A stretch of DNA of 64,000 nt, taken from IMG/VR virus record IMGVR_UViG_3300023202_000247, positions 186,001 through 250,000 of that record. The stretch is one strand, 5' to 3'. Under the pieces are notes generated by a model, which saw only the letters and a program-made list of their open reading frames with translations, ran no database searches and was not told the DNA's origin. Shown here piece by piece: positions 56,501 through 64,000 of this stretch; position 1 is the first letter of the stretch, and the number at the start of each line of letters is the position of its first letter. The position numbers were made by a program, and so were the translations under genes.

Positions 56501-58690
56501 AATGAACATGGTTTGTATGAGCCAGTAATCATCACACCAGACAAGATACAGTTTTTTGCGTTGCTTGGTGGTGCTGGAACCAGTTACTATGTTCCATCCG
56601 TTACATTTAACGAACTAATTACAAAAAGAAAAGACCTGACCCCGGTTGCATTTGCAACTGTAACGATTGCATCAATAACAATCAATCAGGTTCTAGATGC
56701 TAGAAGATTCGTTACTGATGAAACAGCAAGCATTCCATTTAGCTGGGTGCCAGTATTGGATGATGATTCTTCATTTTCCAGATTAGAAGAGGTTATTGGT
56801 CACTTCAAATCATTCGAAGCGGTTCGAACGTGGGTTAACAATTATGGAGCTATAAACAACACTATCATTGTTCGCGGCCAACATACATTTGCATCAACAC
56901 TTGACTTATCTTTACTCGAGCAGGGAGTTAAATTTGTCGGAGATGGTTATGATGTTGAATGGTTATTAAGAGGAAATGCTGGTGTTACTCTTGGCAGCAA
57001 TGTTTCTATGGAAGGCATTAAGTTTATTTATTCTCCGGATAGTCCAACCACTACCGGCGGAGATTTCGTTAATGCAACAAATGGTGAAGGAGCATTAACT
57101 AGTACATCTGGTAACTTGGTTAATGTTTCTATAACAAATTGCAAATTTGAAATTGCAGAGTCGCTACACCCACCATTCATCAACATAGCGGGTGCATCTG
57201 GAGAATTACTGGAAAATATTGTAATAGATAACAACTATTTCTGGGACGATCCAGACAGTCTTGCAAGTGAAGAAGATTTAACTGGAGCTATTGTTATAGC
57301 TTGTACGAGCGCCGGAGGCTCAACTCCAGCTGTTGCATCCAATGTTAGAATAACAAATAATAGATGTAATCTTTCACAGGGAATTTATGTTACATCATGG
57401 GATTATACAGACCCTGGATTATCATGTATCGATGTTCTAGTTGAAGGCAACGCATGTGGAAATATCGGTTATCTTACAACGAGTGAACCAAATGATGATG
57501 TAATTTATCCTGGTAGAAATTCGAGCTTGGGTATAGCTCATGCACCCAATTTGACAATCCGGGGCAATACTTGCCGTCTGATACAGACATGTATTGCAAC
57601 GGGTGTCGCGACACTTGATGCAACAACATATGGGTGCGGTCATGTAACCATAACAGAAAACTCTGCAAACTGGATATTTACAGAGAATAGAAATGATTCT
57701 GGTATAGATGGATACTCTAGCTGTAATGTAAGCAACAACAAACTACAAGCTTTTGATGATACTTATGTTACACAATTCAACTCAGCAATGGGTCTGGTGA
57801 ACGCAGCTATCTTTACAAATGGAACTAGTGATTCAACTGATACAGCAGTTGTTCACGGCAATAACATTTGTGGTGGTACATTAAGCGGATCAACATATAC
57901 TTATGGCTACGGAATTTACGCTAGAAGTGGCGGTCCGGTAACGGATAACACCATTAGAGATTTTACTACTTCTGGTATTACGTTTGCATTTGGAGCGGAT
58001 GGTTATACGGTATGTACCGGTAATATCATTGATAGAAAAAATATTTCAATATCTTCATACATTGCCTATGGCGCTGGCTCCGGTCTTATTGTGAACAATG
58101 TTTTCAGCAGTCCAACGATTGATGGAAGCAGCACAGCCACGTTGAGCAATGTTGGTGGCGGCTCATTCGTTGCTGAAAAGAACAAGAATCAAACCGTTGA
58201 GGTAAATGTATCTGCATCATCTATAGGCACGTGGTCGCTAGAGAAATTCAACGATGGATTTGCATATATTTTAAACCCATCAAACTATAGTTCTTCTATT
58301 TATAGATCGACATTTGGAGCAACAGCATTACTGTATGCACAGGCCGATGCAGATGCAAGTGAAAGAATGATTTTCCAATGGTCTGTACCATTATCTGCAA
58401 TCATTCCTCAAGGAACACGAGTCATTGGTGTATCGGTTGATATTGCGAACATCGGCGCAATATCAGTGCCACCCGGTTATGGCGTTTCGTTGGCTCTGAG
58501 AGAGTTTGATGGAGTGCCCGTTGATTCAGTAGCTGATTCTTTTGACAATACGGATCATACGGTAACGTTGTCATCTTTGACCCAGACCTGGACGGCTGAA
58601 AATAACGAGCTTGTGTTTACAGCTGATGGCGATCAAGCTATCACATTTAGGGGATTTGTTTATCAGTTTATAGTAACTTGTCGTTGGTAA
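53504..58690 (+). CDS. very large virion structural protein (collar/fibre) with a C-terminal beta-helix
   Basis: N-terminal YP..D..INQIRDAIFAMQ motif; beta-helix C-half; C-terminal module shared with 49520; nine DGY motifs. Confidence 0.72.
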   Translation: MTVYPFDFDDDETIIRIDDNISQLGGTAINQIRDAIFAMQQEYGINPAGSAGSVANRLNKSLDANGNIKASALTSIGLATLPIVDNQVASNAGIKETKLSLDFSTGDLKTLITTNKALIDSLVTFTSTTNGNLLTHIAGGTLLANGDPARHVASQIDLNVVPTDPRDTSYSWTGLLDKDGIQRAATQVAQALLLINNALVTHENLISNGEAHPAAAISVDTDPFTEIPVTATTVQSALEAIDDSDRLTMGVHRASMHSNGVMKEVRSESLVLPDGYSQNIVPPTPVSAFLVKSPANTPIDNNVTGDDVVVFNPNNSGFIFDGYFAAVQPGDYLRINYGDGFEALYMIESKRFQPDTEWVVRLNGVNISSTDGYDGYARIDRRLYDNNTAGVLACAAANNDIDSSIRGSVVVGNPRAANALGIGFEPNQLDADHYKLYLHLYPSGNPVDKVIELPAIDVTGNAGATPGQYTLERVVAATNDGLRAAGYNYRFLAYGHNGEFGIMLTDTINNAGFSIVSGILSGATLGIGSFTENVVGDANDGLDPLGFGSSRAGIASPKFTPTFSSELGAANLPTIVIPPLKNRFYVADGTRLDTFADTYLANEDGYWDANLTARTPVGTTTVEVTYIVELGLEAAGLAPGKTITVAPAVDFDNSLYRDVDYGRFIIKDVTFPKPCPPGSDGQTIITVINGIHAAAAPVTTSSSPTVPVRLYFGEDSVGFNELNIINNVQPGVDYLRYHEVYIDKNGNTFSHERARLPEQDESSELLETNSNWTIKNVSPKLLGWRDSSTSSSFRRYVRFYVLDYDTISGEFDGYIGRRVSGSPNVTDTGPVVRARKNQTTRFYDGSNIDFVELEFFDDDVSPGTDIMLTSSPRYVDIELFPSLALDDELFLLASCEVEDNVVQCVTDRREFGNTSEQNFTESAKNFIEAGERYLHANGVIRGLGFRGTDSSNDGVLLFDGGLAVVNGKFIAINSQSVEIPQISEDGVSLPDQVDWAICINEHGLYEPVIITPDKIQFFALLGGAGTSYYVPSVTFNELITKRKDLTPVAFATVTIASITINQVLDARRFVTDETASIPFSWVPVLDDDSSFSRLEEVIGHFKSFEAVRTWVNNYGAINNTIIVRGQHTFASTLDLSLLEQGVKFVGDGYDVEWLLRGNAGVTLGSNVSMEGIKFIYSPDSPTTTGGDFVNATNGEGALTSTSGNLVNVSITNCKFEIAESLHPPFINIAGASGELLENIVIDNNYFWDDPDSLASEEDLTGAIVIACTSAGGSTPAVASNVRITNNRCNLSQGIYVTSWDYTDPGLSCIDVLVEGNACGNIGYLTTSEPNDDVIYPGRNSSLGIAHAPNLTIRGNTCRLIQTCIATGVATLDATTYGCGHVTITENSANWIFTENRNDSGIDGYSSCNVSNNKLQAFDDTYVTQFNSAMGLVNAAIFTNGTSDSTDTAVVHGNNICGGTLSGSTYTYGYGIYARSGGPVTDNTIRDFTTSGITFAFGADGYTVCTGNIIDRKNISISSYIAYGAGSGLIVNNVFSSPTIDGSSTATLSNVGGGSFVAEKNKNQTVEVNVSASSIGTWSLEKFNDGFAYILNPSNYSSSIYRSTFGATALLYAQADADASERMIFQWSVPLSAIIPQGTRVIGVSVDIANIGAISVPPGYGVSLALREFDGVPVDSVADSFDNTDHTVTLSSLTQTWTAENNELVFTADGDQAITFRGFVYQFIVTCRW

Positions 58691-58764
58691 TAAAAGTATT
58701 TATCATATTCGGGCGCGGGCCACGACATCAAGATTTCCCATAATATTTTCTTGAAAAGCTACCA

Positions 58765-58862
58765 GCTACTCAGCTCACTGCGTTCGCTTCGTAGCAGTAT
58801 TACTGTGTAGTTACTCATATTTGTTTCTCAACTCGAGCTGAGCGAACGAAGTGAGCGAAGCT
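58765..58862. repeat. GC-rich inverted repeat pair
   Basis: GCTCACTGCGTTCGCT (58773-58788) versus AGCGAACGAAGTGAGC (58841-58856), 15/16 complementary. Confidence 0.8.
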
Positions 58863-58910
58863 TGTCAGAAAAGGAATATATCCAGCTGGCCCGCTGGCTG
58901 ATAGCGATTT

Positions 58911-59010
58911 TTGTAATTTGATGTACTCAAATGTAAAAGATTGTAATTTGTGTCATCAAATGTCTGCGAAATGTAAAAGAATGTAATCTGGTATCACCAT
59001 AATGTAATTG
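58911..59010. repeat. 10-bp-phased TGT(A/C) motif array
   Basis: Motifs start at 58912, 58922, 58932, 58942, 58951, 58961, 58972, 58982 and 59003. Confidence 0.8.
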
Positions 59011-59049
59011 CCACGCCGGCCGGTTCTTGGAATAAAATTGTAAACTTAT

Positions 59050-59853
59050 GTGGTAGCCACTGGTAATAAATATAAATCTGATCTTTATTTACTAAATAAC
59101 ATAGTTCAAAATACTCAACTGACATATCCAAAAGAGTTGATTATTGGTTTGTTGAGGGATGAGTTTAGTAAAGATTCATACTATCACTATGTAAAAGATC
59201 CGTGGGGATTTCCTTTAACCCCAGATCATACTGATTTACCGTCTGATGCTGGTATAGAAGATGATACTACAACGCGCGTTTATATAGGCGAAGTATATCG
59301 TAATGATGTGGTTTTTTATCCAGCGCTCATAGTAAGAAATACTGGCAGTACATATAATCCGATTTCTTTCAATAGAAACCGTGAAACTGTCAAATATGGG
59401 ACAACATTTTTTGTTGACGGGTACGGCAACAAAACCGTCATGACCACGCCCACACATTATGTGTTTGCCGGAGCGTGGGATGGTTCATTTGCCATTGATG
59501 TTTACGCCAGGGGAATTAGAGCCAGAGATGATTTAGCAGAATTAACATCTTTGATAATGGCACACCTTCGTCATGACGAAATGTTGCGTTCCGGATTGTT
59601 GATAAAGGGGGTTTCGCTTAGCAGCAGCACCGAGACAGAGGACCGCGGCAATGAAAAACTTCACAAACAGACAGTTAATTTACAGGTGAGAAGTGAGTGG
59701 AGAGTGGAAATACCAGTAGAAAGCGTTGTTGATGCTATAAATATATGTGTAGATTTTGGAAATTTGAAGGAAGAGCCGCCAGTATTTGCTCCAAATATAA
59801 GTATAAATACAATCGTAAATCTACAAGAGTCTATAGTGGAGGTAGAGGCATAA
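59050..59853 (+). CDS. putative tail completion/terminator protein
   Basis: Directly upstream of the sheath; YPALIV..FAIDVYA..RDDLAE pattern. Confidence 0.6.
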   Translation: MVATGNKYKSDLYLLNNIVQNTQLTYPKELIIGLLRDEFSKDSYYHYVKDPWGFPLTPDHTDLPSDAGIEDDTTTRVYIGEVYRNDVVFYPALIVRNTGSTYNPISFNRNRETVKYGTTFFVDGYGNKTVMTTPTHYVFAGAWDGSFAIDVYARGIRARDDLAELTSLIMAHLRHDEMLRSGLLIKGVSLSSSTETEDRGNEKLHKQTVNLQVRSEWRVEIPVESVVDAINICVDFGNLKEEPPVFAPNISINTIVNLQESIVEVEA

Positions 59854-59945
59854 AAGCCTATAACTATATGAAAGGGTTATTGCTTGTAAAGGTAATAATT
59901 CAACATCTTAAATGAAATCATTTTACAAATTCAATAGGATTATAA

Positions 59946-62405
59946 ATGGCAGCTAACTTTCCAGGCGCAGGTAACGCAGTACCTCAATCAGTTGTTCAGG
60001 TTGATACTCTGAGTCAAGGCGCAAGTATTCCGAGCGGCTCACGAACCGCAGCAATCATGGGTGAAGGTCTTCGAGAAGAAACTTTGGTTCTAGATGCAGT
60101 TGGTGGTGGTAACGACGGTTTGAATCCATCTTACACATCAACAAATGGCTCTGATGGTCGTCACTTTGCCACAAGTGTTTTTCCTTTGATATCAAATAGA
60201 ACACGTTTGTTCAAAAATGGTATCGAGTTAAATCTTTTAGAAGACTCGATAAACTCCAATTCATTTGATGGTAGATTCGACGCGAGAGTTGAAATATCAA
60301 CTGGTCATATTGAGCTTCAGAGAGCACACCTCGTAGATCAAGGTGGTGAATATTTCAGAGCTAGTGGTTCTAATGTTGGTGACGGCACCATATCAAACCT
60401 AACATTGGTTGACAACAATGCTCCAGCTGAAACATGGACGGTTAGATGTTCAACCGTTAGGCGTGACGGATATGGAAATCCAATTGATGGCTATGCAATT
60501 TTTACAGTTCGTGGCAGTGTTAGTGGTGTAATTTTAGATGGATATGGTAATCAAATTACTTGGCAGTCAAATGGTACACTAACTAGCAATGGAATATTAC
60601 AGTTCTCAATTGGAGAAGGCTCTGTTGCTTTTAGAGAAGGTGATACTTTCATCATCGAAACTGATGACGGTGCATTGGTAGAAGGTGATAGTCTTACAGT
60701 GCGTTACATAGCAAGCACTGATATAGATGATCCAGAGTTTTTTACAGATGTTAATGTTCTTGCTGCAAAACACGGTAGAGCTTCTTTGGACAATACTTTG
60801 GCACTTGGTGCTCAACTTGCCTTTGCAAACGGGACTCCCGGCGTTTGGGCGATTCAAGCTGCACCAGCTTTGCCGAGACGTGTTTCATATACTCTCGTTA
60901 CCAGCGCAAATGGTGAAGATGATGAAGAAGATTTGACATTCAATCTTCCACTCAATGTCACACCGGATGTTGATTCTCGAATCAACTTCTTCGTAACAGA
61001 TCCTGTTACTGGTGTAGAAAGTCAAATATTACCAAACAAAGTTGACTTTTATGATCCGGCTATTACTTCCAGCCCATCAAGCTTCATTTTTGGTCCATCA
61101 TATTCGTATTCTTATACAGTTATCTTGGATGATGCTGTTGTAAAGAGTGCAAATGATGGAGTATTGACATCTGTAACTGGTACCACTGCTACATTGAGTA
61201 GTGCAACGGTTGCATTTGGTATTGATGATTTGAGTGGTACCAGAAGCATTCGCATTAAAAATTCTGGCTCTGGAAATGATGGAACTTATAGTATTGTGTC
61301 TATTTCCAACGGTGTGTTGACCATCAGTGATGCTGGAGGATTTGTCACCGAAAGTTCAGTTGAGTTCGAGGTATTGGACAGTGTTGCAACAAGTGCAAGA
61401 ATATTGTTTACAGATGACTTGGCGTTGAGCCTTGGTCAGTCACTTCGCGCAACTGTTGTTGATAACAAAGATGCTGATTTCTTTGATGCTGGTTGGACCA
61501 ACGCATACGCATCTGCTGAGAAGATTGAAACAAGCATGATTGTTCCGCTTCCAAAGCAGACAATTAGCGTAATCTTCCAAAATGGAAAAATTCACGTTGA
61601 GAAGATGAGTCAAATCAAGCAGAAGCGTGAGCGTTTGTTGTTCATTGGAGCAATTAGCGGATTGACCCCGGCCAATGTTATTGGAACCGAGCCAGCGGCT
61701 GTAGAAGATATCGGAATTTTGGAGGGAATCCAGGGAGACGATGTTGAAGAGATTTTAAGCGGAAGCATCGAAGACTTGGCCGATTATGGTGTGCAGGATG
61801 CATTTGGCGATTCATTTAGGGTTGTTTACTTCTATCCGGACCAAATCGTTGTTCAGGTTGGGTCGAGTCAAGAATTGATTGACGGCTTCTATCTAGCAGC
61901 AGCGGCAGCTGGTTGGTTTAGTGGCAAGAGCCAAATCAACTTGCCATTGACGAACAAAACGCTGTCTGGGTTTACAATTTTGAGAGATAAATTGTTTGCT
62001 CCAATAACTGTTGAGAATATCACAGCAGCTGGAATTACTTTGCTACAACCGGTAATTGGTGGTGGTAGGGTTATCTGGGGCAAGACAACTACAACAAGTG
62101 GTTTTGCGGAAGAAGAGGAAATTAGTGTTGTATTTATCAGAGACGCCATTGCTCGAGACCTGAGAAATACATTTAGAGGGTTCATTGGTCAACCTGAGAG
62201 TCCAACGTTCCAGTCAACGCTTTATGCACGTGCTGTTGATGCTATGCAAGCATTTCTCTCTAGGCGTTTGATTACAGATTATCGAGACTTGGTTGTTGTA
62301 CAGGATTCATCTGAGCCTCGTCAATGGAACATTAGAGTTGGTGTACAGCCGGTGTTCCCAGTGAACTGGATTTATATCCGCGTTGATTTTGGATTCTTCG
62401 GATAA
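59946..62405 (+). CDS. contractile tail sheath protein
   Basis: N-terminal P.SVVQV; C-terminal EISVVFIRD..FIGQP..WNIRVGVQPVFPVNWIYIRV. Confidence 0.88.
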   Translation: MAANFPGAGNAVPQSVVQVDTLSQGASIPSGSRTAAIMGEGLREETLVLDAVGGGNDGLNPSYTSTNGSDGRHFATSVFPLISNRTRLFKNGIELNLLEDSINSNSFDGRFDARVEISTGHIELQRAHLVDQGGEYFRASGSNVGDGTISNLTLVDNNAPAETWTVRCSTVRRDGYGNPIDGYAIFTVRGSVSGVILDGYGNQITWQSNGTLTSNGILQFSIGEGSVAFREGDTFIIETDDGALVEGDSLTVRYIASTDIDDPEFFTDVNVLAAKHGRASLDNTLALGAQLAFANGTPGVWAIQAAPALPRRVSYTLVTSANGEDDEEDLTFNLPLNVTPDVDSRINFFVTDPVTGVESQILPNKVDFYDPAITSSPSSFIFGPSYSYSYTVILDDAVVKSANDGVLTSVTGTTATLSSATVAFGIDDLSGTRSIRIKNSGSGNDGTYSIVSISNGVLTISDAGGFVTESSVEFEVLDSVATSARILFTDDLALSLGQSLRATVVDNKDADFFDAGWTNAYASAEKIETSMIVPLPKQTISVIFQNGKIHVEKMSQIKQKRERLLFIGAISGLTPANVIGTEPAAVEDIGILEGIQGDDVEEILSGSIEDLADYGVQDAFGDSFRVVYFYPDQIVVQVGSSQELIDGFYLAAAAAGWFSGKSQINLPLTNKTLSGFTILRDKLFAPITVENITAAGITLLQPVIGGGRVIWGKTTTTSGFAEEEEISVVFIRDAIARDLRNTFRGFIGQPESPTFQSTLYARAVDAMQAFLSRRLITDYRDLVVVQDSSEPRQWNIRVGVQPVFPVNWIYIRVDFGFFG

Positions 62406-62422
62406 GGATAAAAAGGTAACAA

Positions 62423-63046
62423 ATGGTAGCACCAAATACACAATCAATTATTGAGGATCAGGACGGTAGAAACCGCACTGGTACTTCTGTCAGCACTAAT
62501 ATAATCATCGAGGTTGATGGTAATCCCGTTGGAGCAATCAAATCATTGAGTGTTGATGAAAGTCGAACGATTACTCAAATAGATGAGGTTAGTACTGACG
62601 GCCATATTGACTCCGTACCAAGTAAATCTACAAATATAGGTGGAAGTTGTCAACGTGTTAGATATGATAACTTGAGAATTGCTGCGGCATTTAGCAGACC
62701 ATTCATTCATGTTGCTGCCCAAAGAATACCATTTAATATCGTAATTAAAGATATTTTTGCGTCGAGTGATCCTAACACAGTTTTGATAACTACTATTAAA
62801 AATGTATGGATTAGTAAAATAAGTTATACATATAGCGCAGATGATTTTGTAATTATCGAAAATATGGATTGGGAAGCAGAAACTATTTACTCTCAAATTA
62901 ACAACAACAACGCAGTTACCAACGTTAATGGTGCTCGTAACCTACCGCTTCAGACAGTCAACCCATTCGAGTTGGCAGCTGACCGTGGAGACCGTCGTGG
63001 TGCTTTGGATGCTGCTGGTCTGTTGGTTGCAATTAACGAAGCATAA
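62423..63046 (+). CDS. tail tube protein
   Basis: Follows the sheath; VGAIKSLS..R..TTIKNVWISKISYTY pattern. Confidence 0.82.
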   Translation: MVAPNTQSIIEDQDGRNRTGTSVSTNIIIEVDGNPVGAIKSLSVDESRTITQIDEVSTDGHIDSVPSKSTNIGGSCQRVRYDNLRIAAAFSRPFIHVAAQRIPFNIVIKDIFASSDPNTVLITTIKNVWISKISYTYSADDFVIIENMDWEAETIYSQINNNNAVTNVNGARNLPLQTVNPFELAADRGDRRGALDAAGLLVAINEA

Positions 63047-63068
63047 TCTAGTTGATATATAGTTTAAT

Positions 63069-63752
63069 ATGGGAAAAATAGAAAGTGATATTGGTGGCCG
63101 CTCTTTCGAGGGCGGCGGCCAGAGAACATTTACTGTAAGCGATGAAACTGAAATTTCGGATGCTGAGTTGAAACAAATGATTGCTGATCGTCATGCAGCG
63201 CGTGCTGTACATGCTCAGCAACAAGCTTCTATTCCAGAAGGTGCAGTTGAACATACACCGGAAGAATTCAATGCGATGAGACGCAACAAGGTGATGCAAG
63301 ATAAAGTTGCGACACCTGATGTTAAACAACGTATTGAGATGTTGACTGGTATCGGTCGTATGACGAAGAATGTTCCAGTTAATACTGGGGATCAAGTAAT
63401 AACATTTACTTTGAAGACTTTAAAAAGTAAAGAGTCAAAAGCATTGGCTAAAAAATCAACAGAGATTGCTAACAGCGGAGATGCTTCTCAAATTTATGAT
63501 ATTCGCGCTCTTGCACTTGCATTTTCTATAGAAAAGATAGATGGTGTAGACGTTGATGATGTTTTAGGCATTGGTGATGTTCAAGACACATTCAATGCTC
63601 GCTTCATGTTTATCAATGAATTAGATGAAACCGTTTGTACTTATTTGATGAATGAGTATCAAAAAATGGTAAGTGATAATAAAAAACGTTTCGGAATTGA
63701 AACGGCTGAGGATGCCAAGGAGGTTGCTCAGCAGATGAACAAAAGTAGCTAA
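63069..63752 (+). CDS. tail assembly chaperone
   Basis: Follows the tube; FTLKTLK..LAFSIEKIDG..YLMNEY. Confidence 0.7.
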   Translation: MGKIESDIGGRSFEGGGQRTFTVSDETEISDAELKQMIADRHAARAVHAQQQASIPEGAVEHTPEEFNAMRRNKVMQDKVATPDVKQRIEMLTGIGRMTKNVPVNTGDQVITFTLKTLKSKESKALAKKSTEIANSGDASQIYDIRALALAFSIEKIDGVDVDDVLGIGDVQDTFNARFMFINELDETVCTYLMNEYQKMVSDNKKRFGIETAEDAKEVAQQMNKSS

Positions 63753-64000
63753 CGATCCTGAGCATCAGTTTTTATATCATTTATGTGAAAAATGGAATGT
63801 ATTGCCGGATGATCCATTGTTTGAGGAAATGGATCCATTCATAAAACTATGGCTTTATGAAGGATGGCTAAATAAAGAAAAAAGACATCATGAAGCTTTG
63901 AGACATCAAGCAATCTTGATTGGTTCGTTTACCAATCCAGAAATGGCAAATAAGATGGTCAAACGTGAAAATCCTGACCATTATTCTACAGACGAAGAGT
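63739..64000 (+). CDS. overlapping +1-frame ORF (gpGT-like chaperone extension), runs off the window
   Basis: TKVANDPEHQFLYHLCEKWNVLPDDPLFEEMDPFIKLW... is open from 63739 to the end. Confidence 0.65.

Noticed and set aside
1383-63395. Numerous short minus-strand and alternate-frame ORFs in the track
   Set aside because: They overlap well-supported + strand genes and show no recognisable motifs; treated as shadow ORFs.
1-64000. tRNA, rRNA or integrase/att features; eukaryotic giant virus origin
   Set aside because: No such RNA genes or integrase were recognised by eye. Terminase, portal, HK97 capsid and sheath/tube genes with Shine-Dalgarno sites indicate a prokaryotic tailed virus.

Overview
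This window is the virion-morphogenesis region of a large, AT-rich (roughly 35-40% GC by eye) tailed dsDNA phage, most likely a jumbo myovirus. All credible genes are on the + strand. Gene order: gpA-type large terminase; portal with a LAGLIDADG intein; head-associated genes including a CX5R phosphatase, a prohead protease-scaffold fusion, three decoration-like paralogues and putative internal/ejection proteins; HK97-fold major capsid; an accessory block (LAGLIDADG-methyltransferase fusion, anchor-plus-cargo virion appendage genes with GC-rich swapped domains, decayed fragments, PcfJ/LRV-repeat proteins, patatin, cysteine desulfurase, HNH, cold-shock protein); neck genes; two large beta-helix fibre proteins; tail completion, sheath, tube and tail assembly chaperone. 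The most unusual signals are protein-level short motifs that partition the virion proteome: about 27 Asp-Gly-Tyr (DGY) tripeptides in external structural proteins (candidate modification or docking sequon), and pervasive K-x-A sites plus a shared amphipathic tag in head and cargo proteins (candidate protease/packaging code). I also found two recoding candidates missed by the ORF track (-1 at CCCAAAA 17153; +1 at the chaperone end 63741), a fixed-spacing promoter-like motif implying leaderless mRNAs, and a 10-bp-phased TGTAA array next to an inverted repeat. All family assignments come from motif recognition only; no database searches were run.
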